Shown: in pieces, positions 1 through 10,161 of the stretch | Layout: each line of letters opens with the position of its first letter | Numbering within the stretch: the first letter of the stretch is position 1 | Assembly: GCA_902462305.1 (NCBI GenBank) | Contig: CABQBC010000001.1 | Location: forward strand, 135,938 to 199,937 | Reading direction: 5' to 3' | Source of the DNA: an uncultured Flavobacteriales bacterium | GTDB lineage: Bacteria; Bacteroidota; Bacteroidia; Flavobacteriales; UBA1820 | Length of the DNA: 64,000 nt | Notes under the pieces: model-generated | Told to the model about the DNA's origin: nothing | Databases searched by the model: none | Seen by the model: only the letters and a program-made list of their open reading frames with translations | Position numbers and translations under genes: made by a program

Positions 1-176
1 CCAAGGATTATACGCGCGTTTATATCGTCCGAGAGTTCCCTCTGATGTACGCCCTTGACGCTTCCTACTGTGCCCACAGGCATGAAAATAGGAGTAGGTA
101 TCTCGCCGTGGGCGGTTTTTATCACCCCGAGGCGGGCTTTGGAGTTCTTGTCGAGGGTCTGTATCTGAAATTCCAT
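1..176 (-). CDS. tgt: queuine tRNA-ribosyltransferase (tRNA-guanine transglycosylase), N-terminal fragment running off the window
   Basis: Hand translation of the minus strand from ATG at 176 gives MEFQIQTLDKNSKARLGVIKTAHGEIPTPIFMPVGTVGSVKGVHQRELSDDINARIIL. This matches the conserved Tgt N-terminus (TP.FMPVGT.G.VKG). It is absent from the ORF track because under 60 aa lie in the window. Confidence 0.8.
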   Translation of the reverse strand, partial: MEFQIQTLDKNSKARLGVIKTAHGEIPTPIFMPVGTVGSVKGVHQRELSDDINARIIL

Positions 177-269
177 ATAGTCGTCTTTACCGAAAATGCG
201 CCCGATGCGTAAAAATACGCCTTGCCGGGCATTAAAAAACCGTTGTTGCCGCTTTGACCACAACATTTG

Positions 270-277
270 CAAATATA
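270..277 (-). promoter_or_regulatory. Bacteroidetes-type -7 box TATATTTG facing tgt
   Basis: Plus-strand caaatata equals TAnnTTTG on the minus strand. It lies about 95 nt upstream of the tgt ATG, at the gene-proximal end of the repeat. Confidence 0.4.
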
Positions 278-397
278 GTGAAAGCCGGGAGAAGAGCCAA
301 GTTCGCTTGAGCTATTCCGAGGCCATCCCTATATTCTGAAAATATAATGAAAACCGACGGGAAACCGAAAAAAGCCGAATGATTTTTAGATATTACC
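270..397 (-). repeat. two degenerate copies of the 80-bp promoter-bearing repeat (same family as 21361-21672)
   Basis: The reverse complement aligns to the 80-bp unit. Shared blocks are aaatatagtgaaagccg, attccgaggc.atcc.tatattctgaaaatata and ggaaaccgaaaaaagccgaa.gattttta. Confidence 0.6.
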
Positions 398-494
398 ATA
401 GGCACAGCCATAGACCGGGACCTCAGACCGTCAGATATTTAAAGCCCCGTAGCACGCCCGCCAGAGACACGCATGAAACGGCCATGTACGGCAT

Positions 495-1730
495 TCAGAA
501 ACCTGCGTCCACCTGCGTTGCGAGCAAATCAGCCAGTTCCTCTCTGCGGGATATAAGATAATCGCGTCCGTCCTTTACCATCACTTCGGCCGGGCGGAAA
601 CGCGAATTATAGTTCGAGGACATCATATATCCGTAAGCTCCCGCGTTGAGTATTGCCAGAGTGTCGCCACGTCGTATCTCGCTTATCTCCCTTCCGCGCG
701 CGAAATTGTCCGTCTCGCATATGTAACCCGTCACGTTGTACATGCGAGCCTGCCCGCCGGGATTGGAAACGTTAACGATATGATGGTACGCATCGTACAT
801 CATGGGGCGTATCAGGTGGTTTAGCCCGCTGTCGACCTGTGCGAACATAGCGGCCGGAGTTTGCTTCACCCAGTTCACGTTGACCAGCAGCGTACCGGAC
901 CTGCTGACCAGGAATTTACCTGGTTCTATCATAAGGCGTACCTGACGCGGAGCCTGAGCGGAGAACGCATTGAAACGTTCTGACAGTCTGGCTCCCAGAA
1001 GTTCTATATCCGTCTGTTTGTCGCCTTCCTTGTACGGTACCTTGAAGCCGCTGCCGAAGTCCACGTATTCGACCGAAGGGAAACGTGAAGCCACCGAGAA
1101 AAGCAATTCGGCCCCTTGCAGGAATATGTCCACATCGTATATATCGGAACCGGTGTGCATATGCACGCCATTGATATTTATGTTTTTCCCGCGCACCAGT
1201 TCCTCCAGACGCCCGGCATATTCCACCGATATTCCGAACTTCGAATCCCGGCTGCCTACAGCTATCTTGTCATTGCCTCCGGCGTAGATATGCGGATTTA
1301 TGCGGACACCGACCGGTACTCCGGGGTATCTGTCGCCGAAAAAGGAAAGCGTTTCCAGGCTGTCGATATTGACATGTATGCCAAGCGCCACGGCTTCGTC
1401 CAGTTCCGCCTCGCACACTCCGTTAGGGGTGAATACGATGTCGGACGGCAAAAATCCGGCAGACAGCGCCAAACGCGCTTCGTTTACCGAAACGGCGTCT
1501 ATACCGCTACCGTACCCGCGCATAATCTTCAACACATTGACGTTGCTCAACGCCTTCATGGCAAAGTTTATACGCTTGTGCTCCACCCCGGAAAATGCGT
1601 TCCAGAGACGGGAGTACTGCGCGCGCATGATTCCTTCGTCGTAAACGTACAGCGGCGTACCGTATTTCCGGACCAGCTCCAAAGCGCCTACACCGCCTAT
1701 CGAATATGTTTTTTCTTCCGTAAGTGTCAT
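495..1730 (-). CDS. lysA: diaminopimelate decarboxylase (PLP-dependent Orn/DAP/Arg decarboxylase family)
   Basis: 411-aa ORF with family signatures YVYDE, FAMKA (PLP lysine region), EPGKFLV and ICETDNF. Specificity is inferred as DAP but not proven. Confidence 0.75.
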   Translation of the reverse strand: MTLTEEKTYSIGGVGALELVRKYGTPLYVYDEGIMRAQYSRLWNAFSGVEHKRINFAMKALSNVNVLKIMRGYGSGIDAVSVNEARLALSAGFLPSDIVFTPNGVCEAELDEAVALGIHVNIDSLETLSFFGDRYPGVPVGVRINPHIYAGGNDKIAVGSRDSKFGISVEYAGRLEELVRGKNININGVHMHTGSDIYDVDIFLQGAELLFSVASRFPSVEYVDFGSGFKVPYKEGDKQTDIELLGARLSERFNAFSAQAPRQVRLMIEPGKFLVSRSGTLLVNVNWVKQTPAAMFAQVDSGLNHLIRPMMYDAYHHIVNVSNPGGQARMYNVTGYICETDNFARGREISEIRRGDTLAILNAGAYGYMMSSNYNSRFRPAEVMVKDGRDYLISRREELADLLATQVDAGF

Positions 1731-1750
1731 CCCTGTAATTGTTTGAAGTG

Positions 1751-1758
1751 CAAAAATA
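1751..1758 (-). promoter_or_regulatory. -7 box TATTTTTG upstream of lysA
   Basis: Plus-strand caaaaata matches TAnnTTTG on the minus strand, about 20 nt upstream of the ATG at 1730. Confidence 0.4.
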
Positions 1759-1918
1759 CGGCAAAAGGCCCTACCGGCACAGTTTCATCCGGTACAATTT
1801 TACCGCACAGGGACATCTTTTTGTGAAATAACGCCCATTTACCGGCATAATACACATCGGGGCAACCTTTTAAGCCGTATTTTACCGAAGCGGGAACACA
1901 ACGGGCGTCGGGCTTCGA

Positions 1919-2419
1919 TCACACCGTCAATATTTTTTCCAGATATACCATATCGACACATCTGCGTCCGTCGTCCTCCAATATCTCGAAACCGTAATTA
2001 TCGGCAAAAAAACCTTTTATTCCATACGAATACGAAAATCCGCGCCTGATATAAAAATCATACTGCCAGAACGGTTTCTCCCCTTCACCGGGCGAGCCCG
2101 TACCGAGAATTACGCGCTTTACACCCTGACATGCGAGATATCCGCACAAAAAATCCAGCATCCGTGACGCCAGTCCGCGGTGGCGGTATGAATCGCCGAC
2201 AGCAAGGTTCATCAACTCCGCTCTTCCCTCCTCTACCTTTACGGCTGCGCAACACACCGCCCTGTCCGACTCGTATCCGACAAAGAGCAATGCCTCATGC
2301 AAATAACGCGACACCATTTCAGGCGAAGGGTCGGCGATGAGCAAAAGAGGCATATAACCTTCTTTTTCCTCCGGGGGGATTATACGTATGTCCATCGATT
2401 TAAGCGGCTGTCCGTGCAT
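1919..2419 (-). CDS. GNAT family N-acetyltransferase
   Basis: 166-aa ORF with a GNAT acetyl-CoA motif region (YRHRGLASRMLDF). An alternative start is at 2395 (MDIRII). Confidence 0.7.
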   Translation of the reverse strand: MHGQPLKSMDIRIIPPEEKEGYMPLLLIADPSPEMVSRYLHEALLFVGYESDRAVCCAAVKVEEGRAELMNLAVGDSYRHRGLASRMLDFLCGYLACQGVKRVILGTGSPGEGEKPFWQYDFYIRRGFSYSYGIKGFFADNYGFEILEDDGRRCVDMVYLEKILTV

Positions 2420-2425
2420 TTCCTT

Positions 2426-2791
2426 TTAAAAACCTTCGGCTTCGAGTTCGAGAATGCGCCTTTGCCAGCGTTCCCACACGTCTTTTTTTGTCACCGTTAT
2501 GCATAGCCTGAGAGCCATCTCCAATACGCATTTTTCGTCGGCATAACGTCCCGACCGCCTCAGTAAAGGAAGGACTTTTTCCGTACAATGGGTTATCCTG
2601 GAACAGTCCACCACTTTTTTCGAGTATTCGTGTTCTAGTATTGCAAGATATGCGTCGGCAGCGCCTTGCGCATCCCCGTCCTCTTTCAATGTACGGGCAT
2701 GTTCGAGCCTGGCGGCATAGGCGTCGTTCCTTTTTTTGATATAACCGGCCAGAAGCGTGGCTATGGTGATAACTACCAGAAGTGTCAGCAT
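2426..2791 (-). CDS. hypothetical membrane-anchored protein
   Basis: I chose the internal Met start MLTLLVVITIATLLAGYIKKRND, which gives one N-terminal TM helix. No family was recognised. The gene sits 6 nt upstream of the GNAT gene. Confidence 0.5.
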   Translation of the reverse strand: MLTLLVVITIATLLAGYIKKRNDAYAARLEHARTLKEDGDAQGAADAYLAILEHEYSKKVVDCSRITHCTEKVLPLLRRSGRYADEKCVLEMALRLCITVTKKDVWERWQRRILELEAEGF

Positions 2792-2986
2792 AGAAGATAG
2801 GTTTGCAATGGTACTTATGCAAAAGTAGTTAATAATCTTCCCCGGAGGATAAAAAAGGATTATTTTTATATCAGCGCTATTTTTATTCCGCACCCGGACA
2901 ATACAAGGCGGAACCGGCCCGAAACATCCTGACCAAAGACTAAATATACGGCATACGCATGAAGAACCCGAAAGTGCCAGAATGGG

Positions 2987-3754
2987 CTAGGAAGTCAGAA
3001 TCATAGCCCCTGCAAAACCCAGGACTATTACCGCCAGTTTTTTGATTTTCCCGTAAACGGCCATGTCGCAGTCGAAAAGCATCACGGCCGATACATGAAG
3101 CAGGATACCAACCACTACGGCCAATAGCTGGAAATAATACTCCGATAACCAGCTTATATGCTGTCCGGCGAACATGCCGAGAGGTCCGGCAAGGCCGAAC
3201 ACCGCCATTAGCAGCAACGCCGTGGAACGTTTTTTCACAACGCGCAGCAGGAATATGTACAACACCATCGCCATCGGGACCGTATGCAGCGCTATGCCGG
3301 CCAGAAGCGGCGAAACACCGGCTATCTCCAACCCGTGATGAACGTGTTCATGCTCATGTATATGCCCGCAGCTCAGTATCGGCAGCGACTCGATGAATGT
3401 ATGCAGCGACAGGCTTACGAACATGGCAACCGTGAGCGGCATATTGCCGTCGTCGTCATGCCCGCGGCCGTGTGTACAGGATGGGGTATGGGTATGTCCA
3501 TGGTCTATCCCTTTGGTAAAAAAATCCAACACGGATTGTATCAGCAATCCGGCCATAACACACAGACCTATCGTATGCGGCGGCAATTCGGAATATACCT
3601 CCGGCAGCATATGGAATACTATTATGCCTATCACGAAAGCACCGGTAAAACTGGATATGAGATCTATCGAGCGTTTTCCTATCCGTTTACCGAAAAAACC
3701 TACGGCAAGCACTGCCAGCACGGTTGCTCCGAAAAGTATTATATAATCCGTCAT
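2987..3754 (-). CDS. ZIP family metal (zinc) transporter
   Basis: 255-aa multi-TM protein with His-rich loops (HGHTHTPSCTHGRGHDDD and HIHEHEHVHH), as in ZupT/ZIP permeases. Confidence 0.75.
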   Translation of the reverse strand: MTDYIILFGATVLAVLAVGFFGKRIGKRSIDLISSFTGAFVIGIIVFHMLPEVYSELPPHTIGLCVMAGLLIQSVLDFFTKGIDHGHTHTPSCTHGRGHDDDGNMPLTVAMFVSLSLHTFIESLPILSCGHIHEHEHVHHGLEIAGVSPLLAGIALHTVPMAMVLYIFLLRVVKKRSTALLLMAVFGLAGPLGMFAGQHISWLSEYYFQLLAVVVGILLHVSAVMLFDCDMAVYGKIKKLAVIVLGFAGAMILTS

Positions 3755-3961
3755 AAAGGCATATATTTTTCTGTAGGGCGTAAATTTACGTCAAAAATAA
3801 CGTTTTCAGCCATACGTATGACCGTAAAAAAAAAACGCACTGCCATAAAAAGCATCCATGTGGAACATACGATGAAAATGCCGGAGCACAACGGACGGAA
3901 CATTTACCACGTAACGTAACACCGCACTTCCGCGCGTACAACAACATACAAAAAAACAGCG

Positions 3962-4645
3962 TCAAAACACTGCCGGAATACGTACTTCGGTGCGGAAAGT
4001 CCCGTTTTGACCGGCAGTTTCCAACGTTCCGCCGAAACACGCGGCAAGCAATTTACGCGATATGTCCAGCCCGATACCCGGCTCACCGGAAGTCACTTTT
4101 CCGGCAATAGTCTCATTTTCCACGCAGATAACAGCAAAGACGCCTTCCACATACATGCGTATCGAAACTACCGTCCCATTCTTACCGTGACGTACCGCAT
4201 TTGACAGCACATTTTCCACCACCGTACGCAACACTGCCGACGGACCTTCCACCCGCACCTCCCCGCAGGTTTTTATTTCACAGGAAAAACCGGGATTGTG
4301 ATCCGCTATGAATTCCGAGACTACGCGGAGCAATTCCGTCAGTTCCGTCACTTGACCTCCCGCCAGTTCCGCAGGAATAGCCGTATCTACTGAAGCATGC
4401 ATACTGCGGGCCATCCGTAAAAGGGCAGACGCCTTTTCGTTTATCTGCACCAGCGAAGCATGCACGGCCCTGAGGACTTCCATATCCCCGTGTGACACAA
4501 CGTCTTTTGCCGCCAACATCCCCAATACATTGGCATCGAACGCCAGCGGCCCCACCATATCGTGCGTTATCACCGATACGAGCGCACCAGTGAGCGTATC
4601 CTCAGCACGTTTTTCCCCAACGTTTTCCGGCAATATCCGCGTCAT
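3962..4645 (-). CDS. small soluble histidine kinase (HisKA-like H-box plus HATPase_c), with no sensor or TM domain
   Basis: 227 aa with an H-box ITHDMVGPL, an N-box VVENVLSNAVRHG and a G-box-like GEPGIGLDISRKLL. Its start overlaps the folA stop by 4 nt (ATGA at 4642-4645). Confidence 0.7.
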   Translation of the reverse strand: MTRILPENVGEKRAEDTLTGALVSVITHDMVGPLAFDANVLGMLAAKDVVSHGDMEVLRAVHASLVQINEKASALLRMARSMHASVDTAIPAELAGGQVTELTELLRVVSEFIADHNPGFSCEIKTCGEVRVEGPSAVLRTVVENVLSNAVRHGKNGTVVSIRMYVEGVFAVICVENETIAGKVTSGEPGIGLDISRKLLAACFGGTLETAGQNGTFRTEVRIPAVF

Positions 4646-5193
4646 TTTTCAGGAGGGAGCAATTTCATGTATGTAAATGCGTGCGGATTTTTACCGTCAG
4701 GAAGATGTCTTTCCTCCCATACCGTTCTCCAATCCTTTATCATATCCATCGGGAAAAAAGTATCTGCCTCGAAACTCCCTTCTACCCGTGTCAGGTATAT
4801 CCGGTCCACTATACCGGCCTGGAGCGCCTGCCGGTATATTTGCCCTCCGCCGGTTATGAACGGCTCATCGGGATACTCAAGCGCGGAAGCGTTGAACACA
4901 ACTGCTTTTTCAAGCGCCTGTTCCAGCGAAACGGCTCCGGCGCAGTTTTCCACATTCCCAATCGAATTTAAAAAATCCGCATCACGCGACACCACTATGC
5001 TCGTGCGGCCAGGCAACGCCCTGCCTATCGACTCGAACGTACGGCGGCCCATCACCATCGGATGTCCCCATGTCAGGTTTTTAAAATACTTCAAATCACC
5101 GGGAAGATGCCACAGAAGCTCGTTCCCCAGTCCTATTTCTCCTTTGGGCCCTGCCGCTACGGCCAGCGATATTTTTTTCACCGCACCTGTCAT
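4642..5193 (-). CDS. folA: dihydrofolate reductase
   Basis: 183 aa with the DHFR motifs [21 protein letters not shown] and [10 protein letters not shown]. It overlaps thyA by 4 nt. Confidence 0.9.
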   Translation of the reverse strand: MTGAVKKISLAVAAGPKGEIGLGNELLWHLPGDLKYFKNLTWGHPMVMGRRTFESIGRALPGRTSIVVSRDADFLNSIGNVENCAGAVSLEQALEKAVVFNASALEYPDEPFITGGGQIYRQALQAGIVDRIYLTRVEGSFEADTFFPMDMIKDWRTVWEERHLPDGKNPHAFTYMKLLPPEK

Positions 5194-5984
5194 ACCGCCA
5201 CCGTTCCTTTTATATGAGGGTGAGGGTCGTAACCTTCGAGCGTGAAGTCATCGAAAGAAAACGAGAAAATGTCCCTCACGTCCGGATTTATCTTCATCGA
5301 GGGCAATGTGCGAGGCTCGCGCGTGAGTTGCAGGCGTATCTGGTCGAAATGGTTGGTATAAATGTGTGCGTCGCCCAAAGTATGAACGAACTCACCCGGC
5401 TTAAGACCGGTAACCTGAGCCATCATCATCGTGAGCAGCGCATAGGATGCTATGTTGAACGGCACTCCGAGGAAAATATCGGCCGAACGCTGATACAGCT
5501 GGCAAGAGAGTTTCCCGTCAGACACATAGAACTGGAACAGCGCATGACATGGCATAAGGGCCATTTTGTCCAACTGGCCGACGTTCCATGCCGATACGAT
5601 CATCCGGCGCGAATCGGGAGTTTGACGTATCTGGCGTACGACTTCGGATATCTGGTCCATCACACGTCCGTCGGGAGAAGGCCACGAACGCCACTGGGCG
5701 CCGTACACAGGGCCGAGATTTCCGTCTGCGTCGGCCCATTCGTCCCATATCCTCACTCCGTGTTCCTTCAGGTAACCTATGTTGGTATCCCCGCGCAAAA
5801 ACCACAGCAGTTCGTATATTATTGACTTGAGATGTAGTTTTTTGGTCGTAAGAAGGGGAAAACCTTCCGAAAGGTCGAAGCGCATCTGATAACCGAACAC
5901 CGAGCGGGTACCGGTGCCAGTGCGATCGGACTTGTCCGCACCGTGCTCCATCACATGCCTTGCCAGGTCGAGATATTGTTTCAC
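5190..5984 (-). CDS. thyA: thymidylate synthase
   Basis: 264 aa. MKQYLDL, DRTGTGT and the active-site region [13 protein letters not shown] are canonical ThyA motifs. Confidence 0.95.
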   Translation of the reverse strand: MKQYLDLARHVMEHGADKSDRTGTGTRSVFGYQMRFDLSEGFPLLTTKKLHLKSIIYELLWFLRGDTNIGYLKEHGVRIWDEWADADGNLGPVYGAQWRSWPSPDGRVMDQISEVVRQIRQTPDSRRMIVSAWNVGQLDKMALMPCHALFQFYVSDGKLSCQLYQRSADIFLGVPFNIASYALLTMMMAQVTGLKPGEFVHTLGDAHIYTNHFDQIRLQLTREPRTLPSMKINPDVRDIFSFSFDDFTLEGYDPHPHIKGTVAV

Positions 5985-6074
5985 TTTTGAAATACTGATT
6001 TATGGTTGGTCGTGTCCAAAAGTAGTGATTTTTCATTACTTTTGTTTTACCCTGGAGGGTATAAAACCGGAAAA

Positions 6075-6671
6075 ATGACTGTAAAAGCCAAAGAGCGTAT
6101 TATAATGGGTATAGACCCCGGAACGAACATAATGGGATTCGGGGTGATAAAGGTAACAGGGCGCACAATGTCGTACGTGGCTATGGACGAACTGGACCTG
6201 CGCAAATCAGACGACCCGTTCCTGAAACTGAAGACGATTTTCGAATATACCACTTCGCTTATAGACACATACCTGCCTGACGAGATAGCGCTCGAAGCGC
6301 CGTTCTACGGCAAAAACGTACAGTCGATGCTCAAACTCGGACGGGCGCAGGGCGTGGCCATGTCGGCGGCCCTGATGCGGCAGATACCGATAACCGAGTA
6401 TCTGCCTAAGAAAGTGAAAATGGCCATAACTGGCAACGGCAACGCTTCAAAAGAACAAGTGGCAGGCATGCTGGTACAACTATTAAAGTACAGGGACCTG
6501 CCCAAACACCTCGACTCGACCGATGCGTTGGGCATCGCGGTGTGCCACTTTTTCAACAGCTCCCGCCAAAACCGCGAAACGGCAAGCTACTCCGGATGGG
6601 AAGGATTCGTCCGCAACAACCGCTCGCGCGTGAGCGGCGAGTTACCGCGCGATATAAAAAAGAAATTATAA
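6075..6671 (+). CDS. ruvC: crossover junction endodeoxyribonuclease RuvC
   Basis: GIDPGTNIMGFGVI, the N-terminal catalytic Asp motif, and the C-terminal DSTDALGIAVCH. I moved the start to ATG 6075; a later ATG at 6105 is also possible. Confidence 0.85.
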   Translation: MTVKAKERIIMGIDPGTNIMGFGVIKVTGRTMSYVAMDELDLRKSDDPFLKLKTIFEYTTSLIDTYLPDEIALEAPFYGKNVQSMLKLGRAQGVAMSAALMRQIPITEYLPKKVKMAITGNGNASKEQVAGMLVQLLKYRDLPKHLDSTDALGIAVCHFFNSSRQNRETASYSGWEGFVRNNRSRVSGELPRDIKKKL

Positions 6672-6764
6672 ATCCGGGTGTAACTTTTTAACATATATGA
6701 ACGTCATACGTTTTGAAAGCCCACACCGGTGTTGCGGGCATAATATGTATAAAAAACGTAAAAA

Positions 6765-7814
6765 ATGGCATTTAACATGAAAAACGCAGTTTACAAATTT
6801 ACAACCGCTGTCGCTGTTGCAGGCATTCTGGCCGGATGCTCGGCGGGAAAAGGCGGTGACAGCTTCGGCGATGCGGTAACGCTCAAAGCAGACAGCATAA
6901 CCGTAAATGCGATAGTCGATCCCCGGCAATGGGCATCTTCAGGAGACTATGCGGCCATACTTGGCGATAAAACGGATACGGCGCTGTTCGTATTCTCCCT
7001 GCCGGATTTCGATTTAAGGTATTCGGCCCTCACGCGCGGCGAAGGCCCCGACGAACTCGGCATGTGGCCCGACCTGCACTCCGACAACGCCGATGACGGC
7101 GGATTCTACGTGGAGGATTTCTCGAAAAAATTCACCAGGCTATACATGCCGGGGCGCGACAGCCTCAGCATGAAGGCATCGTACAAAATGAAAAACATCC
7201 AGGCCATAGTAAACGGCAAAAAGTACATAACGTCCAAGCTGAACATCACCGACGGGAAAAAAGTGGACTATTACAGGCTCACCGACTGGGAAACAGGCGA
7301 CGTACTCGATTCCATTGCCACACTCGGCGTATGGTTCACTGACAAGATAGGCGACTATACCGTACACTACCAACGCAACTCGCCCATGTGCACCTCGTAC
7401 GGCGACAAACTGGCCATAGCGTACGCACATACCGGACGCGTGGATTTTTATGACCTGAAGGACGATAAATTCGCGCTTTACAAATCACAGGGCGACCTCC
7501 GTACAATCGAACAGCTCCACGACGATATGCCGAAACTCAAGGATAACGCGGAGGGCAGCGTCGAAGAGGTGGCAAGCGATAAAAATTATGTGTACGTACT
7601 GGAAAGGACAAAGATAAAGGAAGATGCCAACGGCCTGCCTACATACAAGTGCATTGTAAAAGTTTACGGATGGGACGGAAGTTGTATGGAGATGTACGAA
7701 CTGGACAAACAGGTTACAAGTATGATACTGCACCGCGGCAGCGGCAAATTATTCTGTTACGACAACGCGCTGGACTTCGAACAGGTGTACGTCTACACCC
7801 CGAAAGGACTTTAA
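6765..7814 (+). CDS. lipoprotein, 6-bladed beta-propeller-like family (BF3164/DUF5128-like), paralog 1
   Basis: Lipobox ILAGC. Shared family motifs are ADSITVN..I.P, LPDF..RYSALTRGEGPDELG and the C-terminal LDFEQVYVY. Confidence 0.65.
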   Translation: MAFNMKNAVYKFTTAVAVAGILAGCSAGKGGDSFGDAVTLKADSITVNAIVDPRQWASSGDYAAILGDKTDTALFVFSLPDFDLRYSALTRGEGPDELGMWPDLHSDNADDGGFYVEDFSKKFTRLYMPGRDSLSMKASYKMKNIQAIVNGKKYITSKLNITDGKKVDYYRLTDWETGDVLDSIATLGVWFTDKIGDYTVHYQRNSPMCTSYGDKLAIAYAHTGRVDFYDLKDDKFALYKSQGDLRTIEQLHDDMPKLKDNAEGSVEEVASDKNYVYVLERTKIKEDANGLPTYKCIVKVYGWDGSCMEMYELDKQVTSMILHRGSGKLFCYDNALDFEQVYVYTPKGL

Positions 7815-7906
7815 AAATAACGGACACGGCGGCAGCCTCACAGCGCCGCCGTATTTTTGTTTTATACGTATCGCATTGAAAATAAACCATCACAAATCTA
7901 AAAACT

Positions 7907-8956
7907 ATGGGCATTTTGAAACATCCTTTTCATAAAGCGGCAACCGTATGCTCCCTGGCGCTGCTCGCACTCTCGTGCGGCGGTAAAGGCGCTTCCGAAG
8001 GTTTCTCTCCTGCCGGGGAACTGGCAGCCGACAGCGTGGCGATAAATCAGATAATAAAGCCAATATGCGCAACAATAGCCGACGGCAAATGCGTCATAAT
8101 GAGCGACGACACCGATTCCGTGTTCTATGTGTACTCCATGCCGGACTTCTCGTTTATGTATCCCGCCATGACCAAAGGTGAAGGCCCGGACGAAATAGGC
8201 AGCGCATACATGATAAAACACGCTGCCGGCTATCCTGGGTTTTCGTTCATAGACTATTACAAAAACAATATAAAGACATACCGCGCATCCGCCGCCGGAA
8301 TAAGATCCGTAAAACAGATTTCTGGCGACCACCTTAGCGACGTGGACATTACGTGCATTATAAACGACACGCTAGCCGTAGGCGAGAGCTTTACGTTCGA
8401 CGGCACGAACCTCGGATTCATAAAACTGGTGGACATCCGCACCGGGCGGACACTCGATTCGGCACGCAGTTACTCGGTAGTGAACGTTCTGAGAGAAGGC
8501 AACAACATGTCGATAAACATTATGAACGTACCCGATTACGAATCCGACGGCCGCACTCTGGCTTTGTGTTACGAATATACCGGACGTATGGATTTTTACG
8601 ACATATCCGGCGGGCGGCTCGAACTGAAAAAATCAGTAGGCGACAAACGTACGGTGGAACAACTCCGCGAAACGGATTTCTGGAAAATGGAAAAAGGCTT
8701 CTACTACATCTCCATGACTTCGTCACCGGACTGCATAATGGTGCTGCGTACAGAGTTTGAAACCACACCGCTTCCCCGATATAAATACACTACGCTTTCT
8801 TCGTCGCTGCTTACATACGACTGGAACGGCGTACCGCAAAAAGAGTACAAACTGGACAAAACGGTGAACAACGCGCTGTTCGATCCGCACTCAGGAAAAC
8901 TGTTCTGTTTCAATGACGAACTCGATTTCGAACAAGTGTACGTGTACGGGCTTTGA
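7907..8956 (+). CDS. lipoprotein, 6-bladed beta-propeller-like family, paralog 2
   Basis: Lipobox ALSCGG, with motifs ADSVAINQI, MPDFSFMYPAMTKGEGPDEIG and LDFEQVYVYGL. Confidence 0.65.
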   Translation: MGILKHPFHKAATVCSLALLALSCGGKGASEGFSPAGELAADSVAINQIIKPICATIADGKCVIMSDDTDSVFYVYSMPDFSFMYPAMTKGEGPDEIGSAYMIKHAAGYPGFSFIDYYKNNIKTYRASAAGIRSVKQISGDHLSDVDITCIINDTLAVGESFTFDGTNLGFIKLVDIRTGRTLDSARSYSVVNVLREGNNMSINIMNVPDYESDGRTLALCYEYTGRMDFYDISGGRLELKKSVGDKRTVEQLRETDFWKMEKGFYYISMTSSPDCIMVLRTEFETTPLPRYKYTTLSSSLLTYDWNGVPQKEYKLDKTVNNALFDPHSGKLFCFNDELDFEQVYVYGL

Positions 8957-8985
8957 TAAATTTGACAACCTAACTATGTAAAATA

Positions 8986-10044
8986 ATGAAAATACCTTAC
9001 CGCATTTCCATTTTGGCTGTGGCAACTCTGTTCGCGGCGTGTTCGGGCGGCGGAAAAGAAACAGCGCCGGGCTTTTCCGAACCTGTAGCCCTGACAGCCG
9101 ACAGCATAGCCATCAGCCAGATAATAGACCCTTTCCAGTGGACGTCCGTCGGCGGACATTGCGTAATACTGGGCAAAAGCACAGAAAAAGCACTCCATGT
9201 GTACAGTTTCCCTGACTTCGAATACCGTTACAGCGCACTCACACGAGGCCAGGGACCGGGAGAACTGGGGCCTTACGCTTTTATAATCCCCGGCGACGTT
9301 TCTTCAGGCAGGTTATTCCTGCACGAACGGCTGACAAGTAACGCCCTGAGCGAATTTTCCGTATCGGACACGGAATTGAGCCTATGCGGCGAACCGGCAG
9401 TACAAAAAGGAAGCCTGATATGTGTCACGCAGGATACGCTCGTGGTGAAAGAGAAAAAAAGGTACAAGGAAGAAAAATGTTATACCACCCTCGAATCGAC
9501 GGAACATCCGGGTATGGAACTCGATTCGATGGTCAATTACAACATTTACAAAATAAAAGAATCGGCAAATTCTATCAGCATATTTAAAATGAACGCGCCG
9601 TTCTATCTGTGCAAAGACGACACCCTCGTAATGGCTTACAAAGACACCCGCCGCTTGGATTTTTCGGATATTTCTAAAGGGAAGTTCAAAACGTTCAAAA
9701 CTTTAGGGGATAACTCGACGCTGAAAGAACTCGAATCGCGCATTACCGATATGGGCAACGGGATGTGGTCATTCGGAGGCCAAGGGGAATTTTTCGCCGC
9801 CGCCGATGCATCTGCCGACTACATATACGTACTTCTGTGCAGATATTCCCCGGAACACCCTGACGATATGTCGAAAAAATCCTCTTCCGTACTCGTGTAC
9901 GACTGGAAAGGAAACGAAGTGCGCAGGTTCGATCTCGACAAATACGTCAACATGATGGTAGCCGACAGAAAAACAGGCAATTTATTCTGCTACGACAGCG
10001 CATTGGATTTCGAACGAGTGTACGTGTACCGTCCTAATATATGA
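8986..10044 (+). CDS. lipoprotein, 6-bladed beta-propeller-like family, paralog 3
   Basis: Lipobox FAACSGG, with motifs ADSIAISQI, FPDFEYRYSALTRGQGPGELG and LDFERVYVY. Confidence 0.65.
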   Translation: MKIPYRISILAVATLFAACSGGGKETAPGFSEPVALTADSIAISQIIDPFQWTSVGGHCVILGKSTEKALHVYSFPDFEYRYSALTRGQGPGELGPYAFIIPGDVSSGRLFLHERLTSNALSEFSVSDTELSLCGEPAVQKGSLICVTQDTLVVKEKKRYKEEKCYTTLESTEHPGMELDSMVNYNIYKIKESANSISIFKMNAPFYLCKDDTLVMAYKDTRRLDFSDISKGKFKTFKTLGDNSTLKELESRITDMGNGMWSFGGQGEFFAAADASADYIYVLLCRYSPEHPDDMSKKSSSVLVYDWKGNEVRRFDLDKYVNMMVADRKTGNLFCYDSALDFERVYVYRPNI

Positions 10045-10161
10045 CATTCGTATCGTCAAAAACGAAATTATCCGCCCCATAACGCGTGTCCGTATCGGAT
10101 AGTTCCAATAAATTCCGCAAGCAGCGGAAAAAATACAACGGTCAAATAGAACGCTAAAAAC

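Noticed and set aside
495-1730. The lysA-like decarboxylase as part of the polyamine module (for example carboxyspermidine or arginine decarboxylase)
   Set aside because: It lies 15 kb from the speH-speE/ureohydrolase genes. Its motifs fit DAP decarboxylase better than CANSDC. There is no linkage evidence.
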